Of a stretch of DNA of 32,000 nt, positions 16,460 to 24,678 are shown piece after piece. The DNA lies in contig CP091279.1 of NCBI GenBank assembly GCA_021650915.1, forward strand, positions 3,180,001 through 3,212,000, given 5' to 3'. Made by a program: the position numbers and the translations under genes. The DNA is from Candidatus Brocadia sp. Lineage in GTDB: Bacteria > Planctomycetota > Brocadiia > Brocadiales > Brocadiaceae. The notes under the pieces are model-generated. The model did not search any database, was not told where the DNA came from, and saw nothing but the letters and a program-made list of their open reading frames with translations. How positions within the stretch are numbered: position 1 is the stretch's first letter; each line of letters starts with the position of its first letter.

Positions 16460-17881
16460 ATGAGTAATTTGCCGAAGGGGTGGACTGTGGAGAAACTGGG
16501 CAACATTTCAGAACGGATAACAAAGGGCACCACGCCAACATCATATGGCTTCAAGTATCTAGATTCTGGAATTAGATTTGTCAAAGTTGAAAATATCAAA
16601 AACGGTGAGATAGATCACGACTCAATTAGACATTACATCTCCGGTACAGCTAATGAAAATCAGAAGCGTTCTATTCTTCAGGATGGTGATATTTTATTTT
16701 CAATTGCTGGGACTATTGGAGTTTCTTGTTTAGTGACCAGAGACGACCTGCCTGCAAATACCAATCAAGCACTTGCTATCATAAGAGGTACAAAGCATAC
16801 TTTCAATCCAAAATTTCTTATGCTTCAACTTGGCTCCCAGTTAAGTAAGAAAGAAGTTGAAAAACAGGCAAGAGGCGGGGGGATGAATAACATTTCTTTG
16901 CAAGATGTTAGTGAAATGATCGTCAATATTCCCCCCTTCAACGAGCAGCGCCGCATTGTAGCTAAACTGGAAAAACTCTTACACAGGGTTGATGCCTGCA
17001 AAGAACGACTGGACAAAATCCCCGCAATACTCAAACGCTTCCGCCAGTCCGTCCTCGCCGCCGCATGTTCAGGGAGATTAACGGAGGATTGGAGGGAGAA
17101 GAATACGGATGACAACAACTATGACAAAGACTATAAATTACCTGCTTCTTGGAAAAGAGCAGAACTATCGGAATTCATAGATTCAATGACAAACGGTATA
17201 TATAAACCTGATAAATATTATGACGATAAAGCTACAGCTTGCCTCAGAATGTACAATATTCAAGAAGGAAAGATTATCTTGAAAAATCTGAAAAGAATAT
17301 TGCTTTCTACAGACGAGATTGAAAAATATAAGTTAGAAGAAGGCGATATTTTGGTTAATCGGGTGAACAGCAGGGAGTTGGTTGGAAAAGCCGGCATTGT
17401 CGAGAAACTTCCCGAACCAATCATTTTTGAGAGCAAGAACATAAGATTGCGATTGAAGAGAAAGCTTATATCTCCCAGATATATAAATTATTGCTTCATG
17501 ACAAGAATAGCGAGAGATGCATTTGAGGATACGGCAAAACAGACCGTTGGGATGGCTACCATAAGCCAACCACAAATTGCATCACTAAAAGTGCCTGTTC
17601 CTACCCTCCCCGAACAGCATGAAATCGTCCGCCGTGTAGACGCCCTTTTCAAAAAGGCAGACGAGATTGAGGCGCGGTATAAGAAGGCGGAGGCTTTTGT
17701 GGACAAGCTCAGCCAGTCAATTCTTGCCAAGGCCTTCCGAGGCGAGCTTGTGCCTCAGGACCCGAACGATGAGCCTGCCTCTGAACTATTGAAACGTGTC
17801 AAAGAAGAACGAGTTGCAAGAGAAGTAAAAATAGAGGCAGAGAAAAGGAAGAAACGCAAAGAAAAATTTCTCATAAAATGA
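16460..17881 (+). CDS. hsdS: Type I restriction-modification specificity subunit (two target recognition domains)
   Basis: The central conserved helix is NEQRRIVAKLEKLLHRVDACKERLDKI. The distal conserved helix is LPEQHEIVRRVDALFKKADEIEARYKKAEAFVDKLSQSILAKAFRGELV. The two variable TRDs are visibly more AT-rich than the conserved helices. The C-terminal tail is Lys-rich. Confidence 0.9.
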   Translation: MSNLPKGWTVEKLGNISERITKGTTPTSYGFKYLDSGIRFVKVENIKNGEIDHDSIRHYISGTANENQKRSILQDGDILFSIAGTIGVSCLVTRDDLPANTNQALAIIRGTKHTFNPKFLMLQLGSQLSKKEVEKQARGGGMNNISLQDVSEMIVNIPPFNEQRRIVAKLEKLLHRVDACKERLDKIPAILKRFRQSVLAAACSGRLTEDWREKNTDDNNYDKDYKLPASWKRAELSEFIDSMTNGIYKPDKYYDDKATACLRMYNIQEGKIILKNLKRILLSTDEIEKYKLEEGDILVNRVNSRELVGKAGIVEKLPEPIIFESKNIRLRLKRKLISPRYINYCFMTRIARDAFEDTAKQTVGMATISQPQIASLKVPVPTLPEQHEIVRRVDALFKKADEIEARYKKAEAFVDKLSQSILAKAFRGELVPQDPNDEPASELLKRVKEERVAREVKIEAEKRKKRKEKFLIK

Positions 17882-17948
17882 GATAAAATATTAGTGTCTC
17901 ATAAAAAATATTTTGACATTTTCGGCAAAAATATTTTTTTCACGCTGT

Positions 17949-17977
17949 GTAGGGGCAGGTTTGAAACCTGCCCCTAC
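17949..17977 (+). terminator. GC-rich hairpin (REP-like, possible terminator of the R-M operon)
   Basis: GTAGGGGCAGGTTTGAAACCTGCCCCTAC is a near-perfect palindrome 68 nt after the hsdS stop. It is followed by a T-rich stretch (TATTTCTTTTCC). It shares the GTAGGGGC...GCCCCTAC ends with the MITE hairpins. Confidence 0.5.
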
Positions 17978-18047
17978 CGTATTTCTTTTCCGACTCGTTC
18001 GGGTTGGGATCTTAACCATTATTTTTTTTGAAAAGGGAGGTATTTAA

Positions 18048-18245
18048 ATGCCAGAATTAAAAGTACCTATATCAGCAGATGAGATTATAGAAGCAGTGAA
18101 AACGATGAAAAAAAGCGACAGGGAGGCTTTTGTTGAGGATTTATTGGCCATAACTTCTCCTGAATATATACAGAGCATTAAGGAAGCAAGGGCAGATTAC
18201 AAGGCAGGCAGGACAAAATCCCACAAAGAGATTTTTAAAGGATGA
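18048..18245 (+). CDS. Small antitoxin-like protein (type II TA antitoxin candidate, 65 aa)
   Basis: A strong RBS AAGGGAGG lies upstream. The C-terminus IKEARADYKAGRTKSHKEIF resembles antitoxin tails. Its stop overlaps the ATG of a truncated toxin-like ORF (ATGA at 18242-18245). Confidence 0.5.
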   Translation: MPELKVPISADEIIEAVKTMKKSDREAFVEDLLAITSPEYIQSIKEARADYKAGRTKSHKEIFKG

Positions 18246-18283
18246 ACTATAATCTTGTTTATACCCGAAGATTTGAAGGATAA
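18242..18283 (+). pseudogene. RelE/ParE-like toxin remnant (13 codons)
   Basis: MNYNLVYTRRFEG-stop resembles the N-terminus of RelE/ParE toxins, which typically run M-x-Y-x-L-x-[FY]-T-x-x-F-x-K-D. Its position is coupled to the upstream antitoxin. Similarity was judged by eye only. Confidence 0.35.
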
Positions 18284-18410
18284 ATTAAAACCAGAATCAA
18301 AGGTGAGGGTAATGCTTTTGCTTGATGAGGATACTGCATGGAATAATTTTGCCATGTCTCAGTTCTTGAAAGGGTATTCAGAAAAAGATGCCATCTATGA
18401 CAAGCTATAA
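18255..18410 (+). pseudogene. Antitoxin C-terminal fragment (AbrB/SpoVT-like end)
   Basis: A frame without a proper start reads ...IPEDLKDKLKPESKVRVMLLLDEDTAWNNFAMSQFLKGYSEKDAIYDKL-stop. It resembles the C-terminal half of AbrB-fold antitoxins. Confidence 0.3.
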
Positions 18411-18444
18411 CCTTGGCGATAGTGTTCTCATTACCTCATGCTAA
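18397..18444 (+). pseudogene. MazF/PemK-like toxin remnant (15 codons)
   Basis: MTSYNLGDSVLITSC-stop. The start overlaps the end of the preceding antitoxin fragment. It resembles PemK-like N-termini (Y-x-P-G-D-I-V-L-V). Confidence 0.25.
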
Positions 18445-18482
18445 TTTGCAATATACTTCAAAAAGACCTGCTCTTATTTTCT

Positions 18483-19151
18483 ATGAAGAAAATTTCTGAC
18501 ATCCCAAAACCTGACAGACCACGTGAGAAACTTGTGCAAAAAGGCGCAGAGGCATTATCTGACATTGAGTTGCTCGCCATTCTTTTGGGCAGCGGAACCA
18601 AAGGCCATGACGTCATGACGGTTGCAGAAAGGATATTAAAGGTACTGGACGCCCATAATGAGAAACTGAATCTGAATGAGCTGAAAAAGATCGAGGGGGT
18701 AGGGCCTGCAAAGGCAACCCTGATTGCCGCTGCCCTGGAATTTGTCCGCCGGCGTATCCGGCCAGAAGGTTTGAAGATATCTTTTCCCGCAGATGTCCTG
18801 CCTTTGATCGCTAATTATGCCGACCGCAAACAGGAGCACTTTATCTGTGTTTCTATCAATGGCGCAAATGAAGTCATAGCTGCCCGTGTGGTTACGGTGG
18901 GGTTGGTCAACAAATCTCAGGTTCATCCACGAGAGGTATTCGCCGATCCTATCACGGATCGCGCCGCTGCCGTAATTATTGCCCACAACCATCCGTCAGG
19001 GAGTTTATCACCCAGCAAAGAGGATGTTGAAGTAACCAAACAATTAAGGGCAGCCGGAGAAACCCTGGGCATCAAATTATTAGACCACATCATCTTTAAC
19101 CACAAAGGGTATTACAGCTTCCTGGAAAGAGGGGAATTGGTAACACTTTAG
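18483..19151 (+). CDS. radC: RadC-like JAB/MPN domain protein
   Basis: ATG 18483 gives MKKISDIPKPDRPREKLVQKGAEALSDIELLAILLGSGTKG, a RadC N-terminal HhH region. The JAMM motif is IIAHNHPSGSLSPSKED. The last four codons and the TAG stop lie inside the MITE terminal repeat. Confidence 0.88.
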   Translation: MKKISDIPKPDRPREKLVQKGAEALSDIELLAILLGSGTKGHDVMTVAERILKVLDAHNEKLNLNELKKIEGVGPAKATLIAAALEFVRRRIRPEGLKISFPADVLPLIANYADRKQEHFICVSINGANEVIAARVVTVGLVNKSQVHPREVFADPITDRAAAVIIAHNHPSGSLSPSKEDVEVTKQLRAAGETLGIKLLDHIIFNHKGYYSFLERGELVTL

Positions 19152-19509
19152 TTTTTTGAAAAATTACCCTAGCGCAGCACAGCCGCAACCAAATTTCCTT
19201 TATGAAAGCGGGGAGATTGCTTCGGAAAAGGCCCTCGCAATGACAGCGACCATGCACTTTGATGGCACACTGCACGTTGTCATTGCGAGTGAGGCGAAGC
19301 AATCTTTCACTCATAAAAAACGGCACCTCCTGAAAGAGGTTTGTGAAAAAACTTACAAAAAAAAAGAAGTTTTTATACAGTAATACTATAATAACGATGT
19401 TACCGCACGGTGTAGGGGCGAAGCATTTGCCATAAATTGGCATAAATGTATTTACGCCCCAAGCAGGCAAATGCTTCGCCCCTACTTTTTCAAAAGACTA
19501 ACGTGTTAC
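19140..19509. mobile_element. MITE-like element, copy 2, carrying a nested insertion
   Basis: It has the same TIRs and core hairpin (19412-19431 pairing with 19466-19485, perfect 20 bp) as copy 1. Extra sequence sits between ...AAATTACC and ATAATAACG..., the exact point that is contiguous in copy 1. Confidence 0.7.
19168..19391 (+). repeat. 224-bp dispersed repeat, copy B (nested in MITE copy 2)
   Basis: Reverse complement of 6843-7065. It contains the GATTGCTTCG...CTCGCAATGAC and GTCATTGCGAG...GAAGCAATC arms. Confidence 0.85.
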
Positions 19510-19631
19510 GGGAATTGTAAGTTTTATGAATGGGGATGATAACATTGGTATTGGATGTTGGATGGACTTTTACCATAATATAAAATATTACCTCATAACA
19601 GTAATAAGTGAAGAAACGGAAAGTTACAATC

Positions 19632-22600
19632 ATGTTTCCCTTCAGATCGATTAAAAACCGATTAATCCTGATCCTCCTGCTCTGCTCGTTTACGCCCCTG
19701 CTGTTGTTGCGGTTTGTGGCCTTTCCGAAGGCGCAAAAGGATTTGGAAGAGGCCTTGATACGAAACCTGGAGGGGGTCAAGCAAAAGCAGGTCGAGATTG
19801 TAAAGATGTGGTTTGATGAAAAGAAACGTGACGCGAAGGTTATCAGCAGAAACGTATCTTCCGTAATGGAACGGAACGCGGATGATAAATCCAGGGGTTT
19901 CCCGAAATTAAATGAACACCTTGAGATGGTCAAGTCGGAGTATGGATACAAGGCGGTACGCATCACTTCACGTGACGGAACGGTGCTTGTGGCCACAGAG
20001 CGAGGATGCGTCGGTTCCAACGTCATGAACGATGATTATTGCAGAGAGGCGTTGAATGGAAATGTTTTTCTGTCAAAAATTCAATACCTTGTTTCAGGCG
20101 AAAGAAAGAACAAACAGAGCGACGGCAATGTTCCGGTAATGTTTCTCTCTGCCCCGCTGCTTGATTCCAGCAATCGTATAACCGGGGCGGCTGTTTTCAC
20201 GGTGGATACGTTGCCTCTCACCGAGATTATGAAGAGCGCGAAGTTAGGAAAAACGGGGGAGACCTTTCTCATCAACCGTGAAGGTTGTATGCTTACCGAA
20301 TCACCTTTTGCCGGTGAAATACGAAAGGCCGGTCTGGTTCAGCAGGGGACGGCGTTGGCGTTAAGGGTCATAAACCCGTATACGGGAAAACTTACGGAGG
20401 GGGTGCAACGATGTCTGAGCGGCAATGACGGGTATGATGCAGATGGTTACAAAAATTACGATGGGAGGAAGGTGCTGGGGGCGTGGCGCTGGATTCCTGA
20501 GTACGACTGCGGGCTGCTTGCACAAATTGATATCCGGGAGGGGTATGGCGCGGCGCGTAGTTTAAAGATGTTTGTCCTTTCGATGTTATTGGTACTGGCT
20601 TTTCCCCTGATACTGACGGCATTTTATTTTGGGAAACGGATTTCAGCCCCCATTTTAAAGATAACGGAGATGACGAAAAGGATTACCAGCGGCGACCTGG
20701 GGCAGCGGGTAAAAGACCGTGGCAAAAAAGACGAAATTAGCGAGCTGGCGCGAGCATTCAACGTGATGGCAGAATCCCTGGAAGAAAAAACGGTCAAATT
20801 AAGAAATTATACCGCTGATCTGGAGAATACGGTAAAAGAGAGAACCCTGAAGCTGCAGGAGACGACGAATTTTTTAAATAGTATCTTGGCGGGTTCTACG
20901 GAATATTCGATTATTGCGGAAGATTTGAACGGCAACATCCTGGCCTTTAACAAAGGGGCAAGTCTGATCTATGGTTATGCGCCAGAAGATATGATTGGTG
21001 TGGCGAATGTGAGAATTCTTCATACCGAGGAAGATTTAAAAGGGGGGAAGGTCGATCGTATGTTAGAGATAGCGCGCGCAACGGGCCGGTATGAGGGGGA
21101 GGTTTTCAGGAAGAGAAAGAATGGAGAAGTATTTCCCGTCCATGTTACGTTCACCTTGCGGCGTGATGAAAAAGGGCAACCTATCGGATTTGTGGTGATA
21201 TCCAAAGATATTACCGAAGAAAAGACCGTGACGCTCGAAAAAGAAATTGTCAATAATGTTAATAAGATCATTGCTTCTGGTCTTGACATTAAAGAAGTGT
21301 ACAAAAATATTTATCACGAATTGAAAAGGAGGATTGATTACATCTGGCTGGGAGTGGCCTCTCTTGTTGACGGGACAGAAATTGTTGAGGATTCGCATAT
21401 TGTCGACGGGGTGTTATTGTCCACCGATTGGTTGCATTGCTATCGGTCTATGTCGTATGCAACGGCGCAGGATCTCTCGATCACACAGGGGATTCCTGTT
21501 TTTGTTCAGGACACCCAGGAAGGCGTGTATCACTTTGACGGGGAATTATCTGAAAAAGGGATCCATTCATATATTTGCTTTCCGTTGAAATCAAAGGGAA
21601 TTACTGTAGGAACGGTTACCCTGGGAAGCAGGAAAAAAGACGTCTTTGACGAAGCGCACTTCGGATTACTCAGCCAAATTACTCCCCAATTGGCCATTGC
21701 CATTGAAAATACAAGACTTTTTCACTCCACGCGGGAATCGGAAAAAAAATATCGGGACCTTGTGGAAAATGCGCCGGAAATGATTCACGAGGTCAGCCTG
21801 AAGGGAACTTTTATTAACGTCAATAAGACAGAGTTAAATAAATTGGGATATGTTCTTGAAGAAATGAGGCAGATGACGCTGGAAGATATTGTTCCCCCTG
21901 AATATCGTGAGGAAATAAAGCGGCTTGTTCGGCGGATTCAGGAAACCGGAAGCGGTGAGCTGGAAACGGTGTTTCTGACAAAATCGGGAAAGGAGATCAA
22001 CGTTGAGATTAACGGGACAGCTCTTTATAACGCAAAAACGAGGGAATGTCTTTGCGTGAGGGCATTTGTGCGGGATATTACAGAAAGAAAAAGGATGGAG
22101 GAACAAGTCCGCCGGTCAGAAAAACTGGCCTCAATGGGGGAACTCGCTGCGGCGATCGCGCATGAGATTCGCAATCCGCTGGGAGCAATATGTAATTCTG
22201 TGGGCATTCTGGATTCCCATTTAAAATTGACAGGACAGGACAAACATTTGCTGGAGATGATTGTAGGTCAATCCGAAAGATTAGACAGAATTATCAGCGC
22301 CTTCCTCGCTTTTGCTCATCCCGGCGATCCGTCTTTCTCCTTGCATGATGTCCGGGAAGTGATTAAAAATACCCTCTTCCTCTTGGAGCAGGACAGCCGG
22401 TTTACCGAACAGATTGAACTGAAGGAGATATACGAGAGCGTATTGCCAAAAGTGTACATTGATCCGGACCTCATTCACCAGGTGTTGTGGAACCTATTGA
22501 TAAATTCTCTTGAAGCAATGCCGGCGGGCGGGCAAATTAGAGTGATGGCAAGAAAGGCGAATGTGTTTTTGCGGGATGCGGTGGAGATTGTGATATCAGA

Positions 22601-22829
22601 CACGGGAATCGGTATACCGGTTCACGAGCTAGACAAGATATTTGAACCATTTTATACAACAAAAACGGAGGGGACGGGATTGGGTCTCTCGGTGGTTCAG
22701 CGCATCATCGATGATCACGGCGGGACGATTTACGCCAAGAGCAAGAAGGACAAAGGGACGACCTTTTATATCAAATTGCCCGTTGGAAATGAAAAATTGG
22801 CGCTTCAGAATAATCTTTTTACAGGGTGA
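19632..22829 (+). CDS. Sensor histidine kinase (Cache-like periplasmic domain, HAMP, PAS, GAF, PAS, HisKA, HATPase)
   Basis: ATG 19632 is preferred over GTG 19608 by alignment with the paralog at 25301. An N-terminal TM helix is followed by an LGKTGETFLINREG Cache-like motif and a second TM helix. HAMP is SGDLGQRV...ELARAFNVMAESL. The H-box is AAAIAHEIRNPLGA, with DTGIGIP and GTGLGLSV. Confidence 0.88.
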   Translation: MFPFRSIKNRLILILLLCSFTPLLLLRFVAFPKAQKDLEEALIRNLEGVKQKQVEIVKMWFDEKKRDAKVISRNVSSVMERNADDKSRGFPKLNEHLEMVKSEYGYKAVRITSRDGTVLVATERGCVGSNVMNDDYCREALNGNVFLSKIQYLVSGERKNKQSDGNVPVMFLSAPLLDSSNRITGAAVFTVDTLPLTEIMKSAKLGKTGETFLINREGCMLTESPFAGEIRKAGLVQQGTALALRVINPYTGKLTEGVQRCLSGNDGYDADGYKNYDGRKVLGAWRWIPEYDCGLLAQIDIREGYGAARSLKMFVLSMLLVLAFPLILTAFYFGKRISAPILKITEMTKRITSGDLGQRVKDRGKKDEISELARAFNVMAESLEEKTVKLRNYTADLENTVKERTLKLQETTNFLNSILAGSTEYSIIAEDLNGNILAFNKGASLIYGYAPEDMIGVANVRILHTEEDLKGGKVDRMLEIARATGRYEGEVFRKRKNGEVFPVHVTFTLRRDEKGQPIGFVVISKDITEEKTVTLEKEIVNNVNKIIASGLDIKEVYKNIYHELKRRIDYIWLGVASLVDGTEIVEDSHIVDGVLLSTDWLHCYRSMSYATAQDLSITQGIPVFVQDTQEGVYHFDGELSEKGIHSYICFPLKSKGITVGTVTLGSRKKDVFDEAHFGLLSQITPQLAIAIENTRLFHSTRESEKKYRDLVENAPEMIHEVSLKGTFINVNKTELNKLGYVLEEMRQMTLEDIVPPEYREEIKRLVRRIQETGSGELETVFLTKSGKEINVEINGTALYNAKTRECLCVRAFVRDITERKRMEEQVRRSEKLASMGELAAAIAHEIRNPLGAICNSVGILDSHLKLTGQDKHLLEMIVGQSERLDRIISAFLAFAHPGDPSFSLHDVREVIKNTLFLLEQDSRFTEQIELKEIYESVLPKVYIDPDLIHQVLWNLLINSLEAMPAGGQIRVMARKANVFLRDAVEIVISDTGIGIPVHELDKIFEPFYTTKTEGTGLGLSVVQRIIDDHGGTIYAKSKKDKGTTFYIKLPVGNEKLALQNNLFTG

Positions 22830-22839
22830 TTCAGAAATT

Positions 22840-24246
22840 ATGGAAAACGGTAAAATCCTTGTTGTGGAAGATCAGGATGCCATGAGGGAATCTCTCATGA
22901 TTGCCTTTCGGGATGAGGGATATCAGGTTGACGTTGCGGTAAGCGGCGAGGAGGCTCTCCAAAAATTAGGGAGCCATGACGGATATGATCTGATCGTGAC
23001 AGATTTGAAGATGAAAAAGATTGACGGGCTGGAAGTGCTTAGGTTGGCGAAGTCGCTGCATCCCTCTACGGAAGTGGTGCTGATTACCGCTTATGGCACT
23101 ATCAGTACGGCTGTTCAGGCAATTCGTGACGGGGCATATGACTATGTGACAAAACCCTTCCGTCATCAGGAAATTTTGAAAGTTGCAAAAAAGGCGCTTG
23201 AGAAAAAGAGCTTAAAAGACCGGGTCAGATACCTTGAAGGCGAAATTCGGGATAAATATAAATTTGAAGGCATTGTGGGCAACTCGAATGCCATGCTGGA
23301 AGTCTTAAAAATAATTTCACAGGTGTGCCGTACCGAAAGCACGGTACTGGTTACGGGTGAGAGCGGGACGGGGAAAGAGCTGGTTGCGCGGGCCGTCCAT
23401 TATAACAGCCTGCGGAGGGAAGGGCCCTTTATTGTTATTAATTGCGGTGCATTACCTGAAAATTTGCAGGAAAGCGAATTGTTTGGGCATATGAAAGGGG
23501 CATTTACCGGCGCCATTAAAGATAAAGTGGGATTATTCCTGCAGGCGCAGCGGGGAACGATCCTTCTGGATGAAATTGGAGAAACTTCCCCATCGACACA
23601 GGTAAAACTCCTGCGATTTTTGCAGGACGGCGAGATTCGTCCGGTCGGCGGAAACAAGGCGATATACGTAGACGCCAGAATTATTGCGTCAACCAACGAG
23701 AACCTTGAAAAGGCCGTTGAATCCGGAAAATTCAGAAAAGATCTTTTCTATCGCATCAACGTGATCCGCATTCACCTTCCCCCTCTCAAAGACCGGCGGG
23801 AGGACATTCCTCTTCTGGTAGACTATTTTTTAGAGAAAATTTTAGAAAAATTGAAAAAGGGGAAACGGGTATTCTCAGAAGAATCAATGCGCTCCTTCAT
23901 AAACTATGATTGGCCAGGCAATATCAGAGAGCTTCAAAATATCATAGAAAGAGCGGTTACCCTGTCTAAGAATGAGATCATCAATGCAGAAGAACTCCCG
24001 CTTCCCATTGAGGAAGTTGCCGCGCTTGCCAGGAATCCCATCGAGGAAAAGAAGAGGAAGTCCTTTATTGTGACAACCCTTGCAGAACAAGAAAAGAATG
24101 CGATTGTTGAGGCATTGAATAAATATGGAGGTAATCAAACAAAAGTGGCGCAGATGCTCGGAATATCAACAACGACCCTCTGGAGAAAGATAAAAAAATA
24201 CCGGATCAGGCCACAACATGAAATATCGGATAAAACGGATCGGTAA
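22840..24246 (+). CDS. Sigma54-dependent response regulator (NtrC family: REC-AAA+-Fis HTH)
   Basis: ATG 22840 is 11 nt after the kinase stop. REC has ILVVEDQD...LIVTDLKM...ITAYG...KPF. The AAA+ Walker A is GESGTGKE and the sigma54-contact loop is GAFTGA. The C-terminal HTH is KVAQMLGISTTTLWRKIKKY. Confidence 0.92.
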   Translation: MENGKILVVEDQDAMRESLMIAFRDEGYQVDVAVSGEEALQKLGSHDGYDLIVTDLKMKKIDGLEVLRLAKSLHPSTEVVLITAYGTISTAVQAIRDGAYDYVTKPFRHQEILKVAKKALEKKSLKDRVRYLEGEIRDKYKFEGIVGNSNAMLEVLKIISQVCRTESTVLVTGESGTGKELVARAVHYNSLRREGPFIVINCGALPENLQESELFGHMKGAFTGAIKDKVGLFLQAQRGTILLDEIGETSPSTQVKLLRFLQDGEIRPVGGNKAIYVDARIIASTNENLEKAVESGKFRKDLFYRINVIRIHLPPLKDRREDIPLLVDYFLEKILEKLKKGKRVFSEESMRSFINYDWPGNIRELQNIIERAVTLSKNEIINAEELPLPIEEVAALARNPIEEKKRKSFIVTTLAEQEKNAIVEALNKYGGNQTKVAQMLGISTTTLWRKIKKYRIRPQHEISDKTDR

Positions 24247-24429
24247 TTTCATACTGAAACTACCATTGCATAATGGAATGTTTTTGGCGTAGGATATTCT
24301 ATGATTTGAGATATTACAAGAGAATCATGCATTTTAATAAGATATTGATTTGATGCCACTTATATACAATATACGTGGCATTTTATTTTTTTATGAGAAG
24401 TTGGTATATTTTTCGTAACTCTTAAAGGC

Positions 24430-24443
24430 ACGCCACGTGGCGT
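24430..24443. promoter_or_regulatory. Perfect 14-bp palindrome ACGCCACGTGGCGT upstream of the HPP gene
   Basis: The sequence is self-complementary. It lies in the 285-bp AT-rich gap between the sigma54 regulator gene and the HPP gene. Function unknown. Confidence 0.25.
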
Positions 24444-24678
24444 TGGCTCGTTACTCATAAGGTCAATGAATTTTCAGGTTTGTCACAGGCCGAATCATAT
24501 CATAGCGTCGTGAGGAAAAAAGTTTTATCGAATGTTGAAAAGGAGAAAGAGCGCTGAGATCAAAAGAGTTATCGACGTAGAGTTTGAAGTAAAGAGAAGT
24601 CTTGAAGAGGATAAAGAGGGGTATATCACTTATTTGGTAGGGATTTTTAAAAAATCTTCAGAGAGGGGGAAGGGAATT

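Noticed and set aside
6843-19391. The inverted 224-bp repeat copies flanking 12 kb, considered as a composite transposon.
   Set aside because: The enclosed segment includes core genes (argG) and no transposase. The repeats are embedded in different host elements, so this is more likely independent insertions.
2970-19509. A CRISPR array suggested by the recurring palindromic GTAGGGGC repeats.
   Set aside because: There are only three occurrences, kilobases apart, with no regular repeat-spacer periodicity and no cas genes.
19490-20026. A 178-aa ORF on the minus strand overlapping the kinase start and the MITE end.
   Set aside because: It is antisense to a well-supported kinase N-terminus and begins inside repeat DNA. 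It has no motifs.
22642-22839. N-terminal extensions in the ORF track of the sigma54 regulator (22642-22839) and, likewise, of the hybrid kinase (4874-4927).
   Set aside because: The extensions overlap the 3' ends of the preceding genes in another frame. The receiver domains begin at the internal ATGs 22840 and 4928.
24376-24391. A sigma54 promoter upstream of the HPP gene (TGGCAT at 24376-24381). The nearby AGGCACG...TGGC at 24427-24442 was considered too.
   Set aside because: The first has no GC at the -12 position (TTTT). The second has the GG/GC elements one nucleotide too far apart.
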